32,116 nucleotides of DNA from a virus (Duplodnaviria > Caudoviricetes): positions 1 through 32,116 of IMG/VR virus record IMGVR_UViG_3300032234_000723. The stretch is one strand, 5' to 3'. Every line of letters begins with the position of its first letter. The stretch's first letter is position 1. The notes under the pieces are model-generated. The model was given only the letters and a program-made list of their open reading frames with translations, was not told the origin of the DNA and ran no database searches. Shown in pieces: positions 1 through 8,524 of this stretch. The position numbers were made by a program, and so were the translations under genes.

Positions 1-3000
1 TCAGCACAAGTAGAAAAAACCGATAGTGGTACTGATGAAATAGTTATTTGGTTAAGAAAAAATGGTATTGATCTTACAGATTCAGCCACAAAATTAACAT
101 TATCTGGGAACGGTACTAAAGTAGTAGCTGCTTGGAATTGGTTTGCCCTCTCAGCTGCAAACGATTATTATCAGATTATATGGGTATCAGCTGATACAGG
201 TATGAGATTATATGCTGAACCTATAAATAGTACTCCCGGAATACCATCTGTAATATTAACAGTAAACCGAGTAGATCAATTTTTATCCAATACAGGATCA
301 TTTAGTGGTTCATTTACAGGAACATTAACAGGAACTGCTTCATATGCAACTCAAGCATTCTCAAGCTCATACGCTGTATCAGCATCTTATGCTCAATTTG
401 CAGCAACACCTACAGTTCAGGGGGTACAAGGTATTCAAGGTATTATAGGTACACAAGGTGCTATAGGAACTCAAGGAACTATTGGTGCACAAGGTACCGT
501 TGGTACACAAGGAACAACCGGAACCCAAGGAACTATTGGTACTCAAGGTACAACTGGTACACAAGGAACAACTGGAGACACTGGTTCTCAAGGTACAACG
601 GGAACACAAGGGATTACGGGTGTTCAAGGTACTATAGGTTCTCAAGGAACAACAGGAACACAAGGAACAACAGGAACACAAGGTGTAATAGGAACTCAAG
701 GTATTCAAGGAATACAAGGTGAAGTTGGAACACAAGGAACTACGGGTGCACAAGGTACCATAGGTACAACAGGTGCTCAAGGTACAACAGGTGCTCAAGG
801 AACAGCCGGAGTACAAGGAACTACAGGTACACAAGGTGTAACTGGGGCTCAAGGTACAACTGGTACACAAGGTGCAGTTGGTACAACAGGTGCTCAAGGT
901 ACAACGGGAAATACTGGTTCTCAAGGTACAACAGGCGCCCAAGGAACAACAGGAACACAAGGAACAACCGGAACTCAAGGAACAACAGGAACACAAGGAA
1001 CAACCGGAACTCAAGGAACCGTTGGTACACAAGGAACAACAGGAACTCAAGGAACTGATGGTTCATTTGGTGGTGCAACATTCGATTACACCTACGATAC
1101 TACTACTTCGGCGGGTGATCCTGGTACTGGTAAAGTACGCTTAAATAACGCGACTGAAAATGCCGCTACTGCGATGTATATTGATTCAACTACGGATCAA
1201 TCCGCAAACATAGACTCATTCCTAAATACAATTAATGCTGTATCATCAGCTATAAAAGGATATGTAAGAATTGCAAATAGATTAGATGCAACCCAATTCC
1301 TATTATTCCAGATATCAGCATTAACAGACAATACAGGTTGGTGGACAATAACAATCACTAATCAAGCATATTCAGCTCCTTCTCCATTCACCAATTTAGA
1401 AGATATTATTGTATCTTTTGTAACTACGGGTGATAAAGGTGCTCAAGGAACTACGGGTACACAAGGTACAGTTGGTACACAAGGTACAGTTGGAACACAA
1501 GGAACAACTGGAGGAACAGGAACACAAGGAACAACTGGTACACAAGGTACAACTGGAGATACTGGTTCTCAAGGAACAACTGGTGCACAAGGTACAGTTG
1601 GTACAACTGGAACACAAGGGACAACAGGAACACAAGGAACTGTAGGAGTCCAAGGTACAGTTGGTACCCAAGGTACTACAGGAGCCCAAGGAACCGTAGG
1701 TACACAGGGTGCTGCTGGTACACAAGGAACTATAGGTACACAAGGTGTAACGGGAACACAAGGTACAGTAGGTGCTCAAGGAACTGTAGGAACAACTGGT
1801 ACTCAAGGAACAACAGGTGCTCAAGGTACAACTGGGGCTCAAGGAACAACTGGTACCCAAGGAACAACAGGTACACAGGGTACTACCGGAACACAAGGTA
1901 TACAAGGTGTACAAGGTGCAACTGGAGTTTCTCCTGGAGGTACAACTAATTATGTTTCTAAATTTACAGGAGCTACTACTATTGGAAATAGTCAAATATT
2001 TGATAATGGAACAAATATAGGTATTGGTACTACTAGTCCAACATCAACCCTTCAAATCCAATCAAACAACCTATCAGCTCCTGCATTGGCTGTATCTAAA
2101 AGTTTTTCTGGTGGGGGTGATGGTACTGCTGTTATGCATGCTTTTGGATTTGATTCAGGAATTGCAAATACAGGTATTCAAGTTGGTGTAAAAGGAACTG
2201 GAGGCTTCTCAGCTGCAGATGCATATCCATTTAGAGTATTTAATCAAGGTACAGCAGTATTTAATGTATTATCTAATGGAAATTCTTATTTTAGTGGAAG
2301 TGTAGGTATTGGTACTACTACCCCATCATACAAATTATCAGTTGCCGCTGCATCTACTTCTGATGGAATTCAAATATCATATGGGGGTGCGTCTAGATTT
2401 ATATTTAATGGTGATGGTGTTGCATATTGGGGAGGATCATCTGCTGATGCAGGTCAATTAACTTGGGATACTGGTAAAGCAATAGTCATGGGTATGTCCG
2501 GTCAAGCTTTATCATTAGGTTCAAACGGGACTTGGGATAGAATGTATATTAATACCTCCGGAAACGTAGGTATCGGAACAATAACCCCAGCTTACAAACT
2601 TAGTGTTGTAGGTAAAATAGCATTAAATGATGGTGGTAACAGTGTCTTCATAGGAGATAATGCTGGACAATTAGACGATGCAACTGCAAATATAAATGTA
2701 GGTATTGGTACAAATGCCCTACAAAATAATACAACAGGTAACCAAAACGTTGCTATTGGTAATAATTCACTCCCAGCAAATAACCAAAATAATAACACCG
2801 CAGTAGGTTCAAATACTCTACAATTCAATACCATTGGTTTTAGTAATACCGGTATTGGATCATATGCATTAAATGCTAATATTGAAGGAACATTTAATAC
2901 TGCAGTAGGTACAGCTGCTTTAATTACTAATAACTCTGGTAGTAGTAATACTGGAGTTGGTAGTAGTGCAATGCGATTAGCAATTTCTGCTAGTAATAAT

Positions 3001-4803
3001 GTGGCTGTAGGTTCTACAACTTTATATAGTAACACTCATGGAAATGATAATGTTGCTATAGGAAATACAGCAGGTCGTTATTATGGTACTGGTACTTCAG
3101 CAGTTACAGACACTAGCGGGTCTATCTTTATAGGTAGACTAGCTCGTGCCAATGCGTCTGGTGAAGTAAATCAGATTGTAATTGGTATGAATGCTTTGGG
3201 TCTAGGCTCAAATACAGTTGTATTAGGTAATGATAACGTTACAACAACAGCACTTAAAGGAAATGTAGGTATTGGTACAACTACTCCTGGATATAAACTT
3301 AATTTATATTCAACTTCATCTACTCAACCATCTATAATTGGAACTAACACAAACCCAACAGTTGCAATGCGTGTTGGACATGGGTATGATTCTAGTAGCC
3401 CAAATAACATTACAGCAAAAATAGAATTTACTCCATCTGCTTTGGTAGGATATTATGGTGATGATATTACATTTGGTACTACTAATCAAGTAACATCTCC
3501 ATCAAATAATGATGGATCTACTGAAAGAATGCGCATCACCTCTACAGGTAATGTAGGTATTGGAACAACAACACCAGCATATAAACTAGATGTAAATGGT
3601 AGAACATTAGTTAACCAATTAGAATACACAAGAGCTATAGACATTAGTGGAGGAGATTTAAATTCTTACACATTAGCTGGTTTCTACAATGGATCGGGAA
3701 TGACAAACGCTCCAAATGGTGGTTGGTTTTGGGTTACTGTAGAAGTATATAGTGGAGATACTAGTTGGATTCACCAAACAGCAACATCCTTTGGTGCTAG
3801 TAACACAGCAAATGAAGTTTATACTCGAGTAAAATCAGGAGGGTCATGGGGTGCCTGGAAACAATTAGGAGATGCTGCTAGTATTTCAGGCACAACAAAC
3901 TATATACCTAAATTTACAAGTGGTACAGCTATTGGAAATTCCGTAATGTATGATGATGGTACCAATATTGGTATTGGAACTACAAGCCCATCAACAAAAT
4001 TAGAAGTAAATGGTGTTGGTAAATTTGGTGCATATGCTTATATAGGAACAAACATTGCACAAGGATATTACCAAGATGTTAATAATGGTGCCTTTAGAGC
4101 ATTATCGGGTGCTTCTGACCCGGGATATTATTTCCAAAGCTATAATGGTGCTGCAACTACAATGTTTGTTGGATTAGCTGGTACATATGCTGGTAAGGTA
4201 GGTATCGGAACAACAATCCCAGGATACCCATTACATTTATCAGTTGCTGGTGGTGAAACCGGTATTCGAACAACTGTAGGATCATCTGATATATATCTTG
4301 CTCATGGTGGTTGGAGTATGGGTGGAGGTAAACTTGGTATTGGGGATGCTTCTAATCCTACAATAACAGTTGATGCTCCTAATGATAGAATAGGTATTAA
4401 TACTACTAGTCCTGGATATACATTAGATGTAAACGGTAATACAAATGTAAACGGAATACTAACAGCAACTGTTAAATCCTTCATCATTGATCACCCAACC
4501 AAAGAAGGTAAAAAATTACAATATGGTGTACTCGAGGGACCTGAACATTCGGTTTATGTTCGTGGTAAATTAACAAATACTAACGTAATACAATTACCGG
4601 ATTACTGGCACGCACTAGTTCATGAAGATACAATTACAGTGAATTTAACAGCTATTGGAAAACCTCAAGAAATCTGGGTAGAAGAGATAACTGATACATA
4701 TATTACGGTAGGTTCATTATCCGAAAACATAAATTGTTTTTATGCTGTATTTGCTGAACGTAAAGATATAGATAAATTAGTAACAGAATTTGATAAAGAA
4801 TAA
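1..4803 (+). CDS. Giant multidomain tail/capsid fibre protein with collagen-like repeats (5'-truncated; frame is open from base 1)
   Basis: Frame +1 has no stop from 1 to TAA 4801-4803, so the listed 202 start is internal. Order: C1q/BclA-like jelly-roll tail (IWLRKNG...YYQIIW), SASYA spacer, two Gly-X-Y tracts, repeated (N/S/K)(V/I)GIGTTxP motifs, 14-aa NxA(V/I)G beta-roll repeats, knob-like domain (DLNSYTLAGFY...QTA...YTRVKSGGSWGAWK), C-terminal KSFIIDHP...LEGPE...VRG domain typical of phage fibre ends. Confidence 0.85.
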   Translation, partial: SAQVEKTDSGTDEIVIWLRKNGIDLTDSATKLTLSGNGTKVVAAWNWFALSAANDYYQIIWVSADTGMRLYAEPINSTPGIPSVILTVNRVDQFLSNTGSFSGSFTGTLTGTASYATQAFSSSYAVSASYAQFAATPTVQGVQGIQGIIGTQGAIGTQGTIGAQGTVGTQGTTGTQGTIGTQGTTGTQGTTGDTGSQGTTGTQGITGVQGTIGSQGTTGTQGTTGTQGVIGTQGIQGIQGEVGTQGTTGAQGTIGTTGAQGTTGAQGTAGVQGTTGTQGVTGAQGTTGTQGAVGTTGAQGTTGNTGSQGTTGAQGTTGTQGTTGTQGTTGTQGTTGTQGTVGTQGTTGTQGTDGSFGGATFDYTYDTTTSAGDPGTGKVRLNNATENAATAMYIDSTTDQSANIDSFLNTINAVSSAIKGYVRIANRLDATQFLLFQISALTDNTGWWTITITNQAYSAPSPFTNLEDIIVSFVTTGDKGAQGTTGTQGTVGTQGTVGTQGTTGGTGTQGTTGTQGTTGDTGSQGTTGAQGTVGTTGTQGTTGTQGTVGVQGTVGTQGTTGAQGTVGTQGAAGTQGTIGTQGVTGTQGTVGAQGTVGTTGTQGTTGAQGTTGAQGTTGTQGTTGTQGTTGTQGIQGVQGATGVSPGGTTNYVSKFTGATTIGNSQIFDNGTNIGIGTTSPTSTLQIQSNNLSAPALAVSKSFSGGGDGTAVMHAFGFDSGIANTGIQVGVKGTGGFSAADAYPFRVFNQGTAVFNVLSNGNSYFSGSVGIGTTTPSYKLSVAAASTSDGIQISYGGASRFIFNGDGVAYWGGSSADAGQLTWDTGKAIVMGMSGQALSLGSNGTWDRMYINTSGNVGIGTITPAYKLSVVGKIALNDGGNSVFIGDNAGQLDDATANINVGIGTNALQNNTTGNQNVAIGNNSLPANNQNNNTAVGSNTLQFNTIGFSNTGIGSYALNANIEGTFNTAVGTAALITNNSGSSNTGVGSSAMRLAISASNNVAVGSTTLYSNTHGNDNVAIGNTAGRYYGTGTSAVTDTSGSIFIGRLARANASGEVNQIVIGMNALGLGSNTVVLGNDNVTTTALKGNVGIGTTTPGYKLNLYSTSSTQPSIIGTNTNPTVAMRVGHGYDSSSPNNITAKIEFTPSALVGYYGDDITFGTTNQVTSPSNNDGSTERMRITSTGNVGIGTTTPAYKLDVNGRTLVNQLEYTRAIDISGGDLNSYTLAGFYNGSGMTNAPNGGWFWVTVEVYSGDTSWIHQTATSFGASNTANEVYTRVKSGGSWGAWKQLGDAASISGTTNYIPKFTSGTAIGNSVMYDDGTNIGIGTTSPSTKLEVNGVGKFGAYAYIGTNIAQGYYQDVNNGAFRALSGASDPGYYFQSYNGAATTMFVGLAGTYAGKVGIGTTIPGYPLHLSVAGGETGIRTTVGSSDIYLAHGGWSMGGGKLGIGDASNPTITVDAPNDRIGINTTSPGYTLDVNGNTNVNGILTATVKSFIIDHPTKEGKKLQYGVLEGPEHSVYVRGKLTNTNVIQLPDYWHALVHEDTITVNLTAIGKPQEIWVEEITDTYITVGSLSENINCFYAVFAERKDIDKLVTEFDKE
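421..1068 (+). repeat. Collagen-like tract 1: about 72 uninterrupted Gly-X-Y triplets (GTQ/GTT/GAQ)
   Basis: Gly codon every 9 nt from 421 to 1060; 18-nt near-tandem DNA units such as GGAACAACAGGAACACAA. Confidence 0.95.
1429..1932 (+). repeat. Collagen-like tract 2: about 56 uninterrupted Gly-X-Y triplets
   Basis: Gly codon every 9 nt from 1429 (GDK) to 1924 (GVS). Confidence 0.95.
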
Positions 4804-4806
4804 GTT

Positions 4807-5457
4807 ATGGCATTAAATTATGGACCAAATATAACCACAAATGGATTAATTCTCTCTTTAGATGCAGCTGATAAAAATTCATATCCGGGATCTGGTACTA
4901 CATGGTATAATTCAATAGCATTACCAAATGCATCATTACCAAGTACATCTACGTATGCCAATAATACTATGAATTATACCTATAATTATTCAAATATAGG
5001 AGCTTTATTATCTGCCGGGGCGTATGACAACACAATGGAAATTTGGTTTTATGTTCCTAGTGGTGGTTCATATGCTGGATGTTGTGATACTATTTTCGGT
5101 ACTTATTGGTTTAGAACATTTTTAATAGGCCAAACATTTTTTACAATGATAGGTTTTTATACTGGTTCCGGATATATCTATCAACATCCCGCATATAATA
5201 TATCATACGATACTTGGCATTGTGCTGTAGGTATGAGAAGAAATGGTAGATATATTATTTGGATAGACGGAGTAGAACTCTATAATACAGACTATGGAGG
5301 ATCATATTCTTTATATGATGCTGTAGGAGATTGGTATATTAGTTCTTCAACTCACCCCAATGTAAAAGTAACATCTGCTAGAGTATATAATCGAGGATTA
5401 ACTGATCAAGAATTACTTCAAAATTATAATATACAAAAATCAAGATTCGGACTATGA
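4807..5457 (+). CDS. LamG/concanavalin A-like lectin domain protein, paralog 1 (216 aa)
   Basis: GPNITTNGLILSLDAADKNSYPGSGTTW start, TMEIWF, WHCAVG, IWIDG, RVYNRGLT..ELLQNYN..KSRFGL end: typical phage LamG-fold architecture. Confidence 0.8.
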   Translation: MALNYGPNITTNGLILSLDAADKNSYPGSGTTWYNSIALPNASLPSTSTYANNTMNYTYNYSNIGALLSAGAYDNTMEIWFYVPSGGSYAGCCDTIFGTYWFRTFLIGQTFFTMIGFYTGSGYIYQHPAYNISYDTWHCAVGMRRNGRYIIWIDGVELYNTDYGGSYSLYDAVGDWYISSSTHPNVKVTSARVYNRGLTDQELLQNYNIQKSRFGL

Positions 5458-5621
5458 CATTTATAATTGTAGAAATACCCGAAGAGGAAATTGGGAATTG
5501 CATTTTAAATGCTTTTAAATATATGGTAGAAAATGAAGAAAATCATACTAGGTGGTTTGGTTCCAACACATACCAAGACTGTGTAGACTATATAGCTAAT
5601 TATACTAATAACCCCATTTAA
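5454..5621 (+). CDS. Small hypothetical protein, 55 aa (absent from the supplied ORF track)
   Basis: ATG 5454 overlaps the upstream TGA (ATGA). Reads MTFIIVEIPEEEIGNCILNAFKYMVENEENHTRWFGSNTYQDCVDYIANYTNNPI to TAA 5619-5621, with 1 nt separating it from the next ATG; fills the gap exactly. Confidence 0.7.
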   Translation: MTFIIVEIPEEEIGNCILNAFKYMVENEENHTRWFGSNTYQDCVDYIANYTNNPI

Positions 5622-5622
5622 T

Positions 5623-6984
5623 ATGCCCACATCAGTAGGACCAAATATCGTTAAAAAAATAAACTTAAAAACTGTTTTAGACGCGGCGGATGTTAATTCT
5701 ATGCTACCTATGTCTACATTTTTAAATATGTCTCCATGGACTATAGGAAATGGGGGAGTAGGTAATTATTCTGGAAATGGTAATTACAATGAAAATGAAC
5801 GTTTATTAGGAACTGATCCATGGGGTAATTCTGCAATAGTTTGGCAATCAAATCCAAGTGGAGATGGAAATCCCGATGGTGGATGGAACAATGGATATTA
5901 TGGTATTGATAGAACAAAACTATATCGCTGGTCAGTCTGGGTAAAACGAACCTCTTCAACCTCCGGAGGATATAGCTACCTTGGACTTTACGGTTCAGGT
6001 GGTACTTGGGGAGTTGAACGTTTAGATAATGGTGCTAATGAAGGTAATCCATATTGGGAATGTGCTGGTACTGGAGTTTATACCCAAAACCAATGGTATT
6101 TAATGGTAGGCCATTGTTACCCTGCAGGTACAACAGGTATCCCAGGAAATAAACATCCTGATACAGGAAGATATACTATAAATGGTAGAGACGGAGATTT
6201 AAACTATTGTAATATTGGTGGGGATGTACGTTGGTTAAGTGATTCAACTGTAGGTTTACATAGAACATATCATTATTATTGTGGAGATAATACAACCCAC
6301 CTACAATGGTATGACCCTAGATTTGAAATATGCGATGGTACTGAACCAACTATTTCTGAATTACTTTCTAATCCCGCAACACTCTTTAGAGACATCTCAG
6401 GTAATAGAATTAAAGGTACATTACAAAACGGCGTTCAACAAGATAAATCTAATTTGGGAGCTATGATTTTTGATGGTACTGATGATTATATTAATATAGG
6501 AGCAGGTACTGGGTTAAATCAATTTTCTGGAGATTTCACTATTTCTCTATGGGCTATGAGAACTGCAGGTGGTAGTTATGGAAATTTAATAGGAGACTAT
6601 TATACCAACTCCACAGCTACAACAGGTGAATGGCAATTAATGATGGGCCCTAACTCAGAATTTAATTTTTATAAAGTAGGACCAGGATATGTTATCAACA
6701 ATGTAGCATCTGGTTTTTCAAATTATACATGGATAAATGTAGTAGTAACTCGTATTGGAACAGCAGTTACAATGTATGCTAATGGAAATATAATAGCAAC
6801 AGGTACAGATTCTACTAGTTACGGTACAGTAACAGGAAATTTAAATATAGGAATAGATGGAAATAATTCATCTGAACCATTTCCAGGCAAAATTGCTAAT
6901 ATTCAAATTCTTCAAACTGCTTTAACTACTGCTGAAGTAAAACAAAACTATAATCAATATAAATCACGTTTCAATTTAAGTTAA
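5623..6984 (+). CDS. LamG-like lectin domain protein, paralog 2, with a large inserted domain (453 aa)
   Basis: GPNIV...LDAAD N-terminus, aromatic-rich insert, then RDISGN..GTLQNG, FDGTDDY, FTISLW, WINVVVTR, EVKQNYNQYKSRFNLS. Confidence 0.8.
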   Translation: MPTSVGPNIVKKINLKTVLDAADVNSMLPMSTFLNMSPWTIGNGGVGNYSGNGNYNENERLLGTDPWGNSAIVWQSNPSGDGNPDGGWNNGYYGIDRTKLYRWSVWVKRTSSTSGGYSYLGLYGSGGTWGVERLDNGANEGNPYWECAGTGVYTQNQWYLMVGHCYPAGTTGIPGNKHPDTGRYTINGRDGDLNYCNIGGDVRWLSDSTVGLHRTYHYYCGDNTTHLQWYDPRFEICDGTEPTISELLSNPATLFRDISGNRIKGTLQNGVQQDKSNLGAMIFDGTDDYINIGAGTGLNQFSGDFTISLWAMRTAGGSYGNLIGDYYTNSTATTGEWQLMMGPNSEFNFYKVGPGYVINNVASGFSNYTWINVVVTRIGTAVTMYANGNIIATGTDSTSYGTVTGNLNIGIDGNNSSEPFPGKIANIQILQTALTTAEVKQNYNQYKSRFNLS

Positions 6985-6987
6985 GAT

Positions 6988-8166
6988 ATGGCAGTAGCGA
7001 ATGGATTTGGAAAAGTAGTAACATCGGGTTCGGTGTTTATGTACGATACAGGAGATGCTATAAACTCGTATATTGGAGAACCCACCACAAACATATTTAA
7101 TAGTTATGGAACATCAGGCGCTGGTGCTGCTTCAAACAATGCTGTTAATTTTGATGTTCAAGGAACTACGGGGTTTATTCGTTTAGGATATGGTCAAACT
7201 TTTGGAGGATATACAATTAAACCAACTGATGTAGTTTATAAATATGATTTAGGTGGTTATGGGTGTCATTATCATGGAAATGATGTTTCAATCCCCTCAG
7301 GTAAATATGTTACATTTACTTTTGACTTTTATGTTAGTCCGGGTGCAGCAAGTTATCCTATAACAAATTTTCTTGCTAATATAGAAACAGGTACAGGTAC
7401 AGGAATGTCTGTTGGAGCTCCAAATAATCTAACAGGAGTATGGCAAACAGTTAGTGTAACCACAGGACCTTCATCATCACCGGGAAATATAAGAATGCTA
7501 TTATATCCTGGAGCATGTGGTGGTGCCTTAGCGGGTGATGGATATGTTTTATATAAAAATCCACAAGTTGAACTTTTATCACATAAAACCCCATTTACAC
7601 AAACTTCACGTAGTGTAACTGGTTCTCTATTACCAATAGTAGGTAATTCAACTGTTGATTTGTCTAATGTATCTTTTGATTCAAATGCTCAAATAGTATT
7701 TGATGGAACTGATGATCAGATTAATTTATCTACAAACTTCGGTACAGTATCTCAATATACTATTGAATATGTAGCATATACTGATACCCCAGCTAGAATG
7801 CCTATTGCTTCAAGAACAACAACAGCATTTTATAAGTTTGGAGCTAATAGTTGGCGATATACTCATGGGGGTGTAGGTGGTGAATTTTATCACACCACAG
7901 GTGTAGCTACAGGATGGGCTCATTGGGTTATAACTTATAATGGATCTACTATAGAGGTATTCCAAAATGGAAATAGCTTAGGATCTACATCCAGTTCAGG
8001 AACTGCAGATTTTAGTGATGGTTTTAAAATAGGATATTGGGCCGCCGGTGGAAGTTATGCTTGGAATGGATATATTCCAATATCAAAAATATATAACCGA
8101 GCTTTATCAGCATCGGAAGTCAAACAAAATTACAATAAATACAAATCACGTTTTAATTTATCATAA
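6988..8166 (+). CDS. LamG-like lectin domain protein, paralog 3, with an inserted carbohydrate-binding-like domain (392 aa)
   Basis: GKVVTSGSVFMYDTGD..NSYIGEPTTN start; FDGTDD, WAHWVITYNG, KIYNRALSASEVKQNYNKYKSRFNLS end. Confidence 0.8.
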   Translation: MAVANGFGKVVTSGSVFMYDTGDAINSYIGEPTTNIFNSYGTSGAGAASNNAVNFDVQGTTGFIRLGYGQTFGGYTIKPTDVVYKYDLGGYGCHYHGNDVSIPSGKYVTFTFDFYVSPGAASYPITNFLANIETGTGTGMSVGAPNNLTGVWQTVSVTTGPSSSPGNIRMLLYPGACGGALAGDGYVLYKNPQVELLSHKTPFTQTSRSVTGSLLPIVGNSTVDLSNVSFDSNAQIVFDGTDDQINLSTNFGTVSQYTIEYVAYTDTPARMPIASRTTTAFYKFGANSWRYTHGGVGGEFYHTTGVATGWAHWVITYNGSTIEVFQNGNSLGSTSSSGTADFSDGFKIGYWAAGGSYAWNGYIPISKIYNRALSASEVKQNYNKYKSRFNLS

Positions 8167-8177
8167 TATTTATAATA
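8165..8177 (+). promoter_or_regulatory. Putative phage late promoter motif AATATTTATAATA
   Basis: Copy of the recurrent intergenic motif, immediately before ATG 8179. Confidence 0.65.
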
Positions 8178-8178
8178 T

Positions 8179-8523
8179 ATGAACGCATTTGAAAATAGAA
8201 GATGGTTAGTTATTCCTGTTAGTATAACAGGATCTATCGATTTTGGACAGGTTTTAGAATCATCCCCGGAAGCTTTACGCTTATCCGTAGATGGAACTCA
8301 AACCTTTGTTAAATATGATCTCAACATCATAGAAGAAGATTATACAGTAGTGGTACCTAATCCTGAAACAGGACAAGAAGATTCATACGTTGTATATGCT
8401 GGAATTTATGGGAGACCTAACATTTACTCCCCAGAATACCCAGAATATAACCACCCAGAAATTCTAGAATTGCTATCAACTCCGGAATGGACACAACCAT
8501 TACCAACAGAACTAATTAAATAA
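8179..8523 (+). CDS. Hypothetical acidic phage protein (114 aa), possible fibre/lectin assembly factor
   Basis: Intact ORF with its own upstream motif, directly after the LamG cluster; IDFGQVLE...LRLSVDGTQTFVK and EILELLSTPEWT segments. Function inferred from position only. Confidence 0.6.
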   Translation: MNAFENRRWLVIPVSITGSIDFGQVLESSPEALRLSVDGTQTFVKYDLNIIEEDYTVVVPNPETGQEDSYVVYAGIYGRPNIYSPEYPEYNHPEILELLSTPEWTQPLPTELIK

Positions 8524-8524
8524 C

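Noticed and set aside
202-204. ATG 202 as the start of the giant fibre gene
   Set aside because: The frame is open from base 1 and reads as a continuous domain, so the true start is upstream of the window.
421-1932. Tandem DNA repeats as a possible CRISPR array or diversity-generating template
   Set aside because: Degenerate 9/18-nt codon-level repeats varying at third positions, with no constant repeat-unique spacer structure and no cas or reverse transcriptase gene in the window.
379-2020. Cys/Ser/Leu-rich minus-strand ORFs (379-1050, 1396-1995, 821-1081, 1451-1633) and alternative + frame ORFs (872-1144, 1430-1645, 1817-2020)
   Set aside because: Shadows of the 9-nt-periodic collagen coding repeat, which happens to lack stops in other frames; no independent start context.
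6930-8166. Similar 3' ends of LamG paralogs as recombinase or invertase sites
   Set aside because: Direct orientation, differences mostly at synonymous positions, and no recombinase nearby; consistent with ordinary paralogy.
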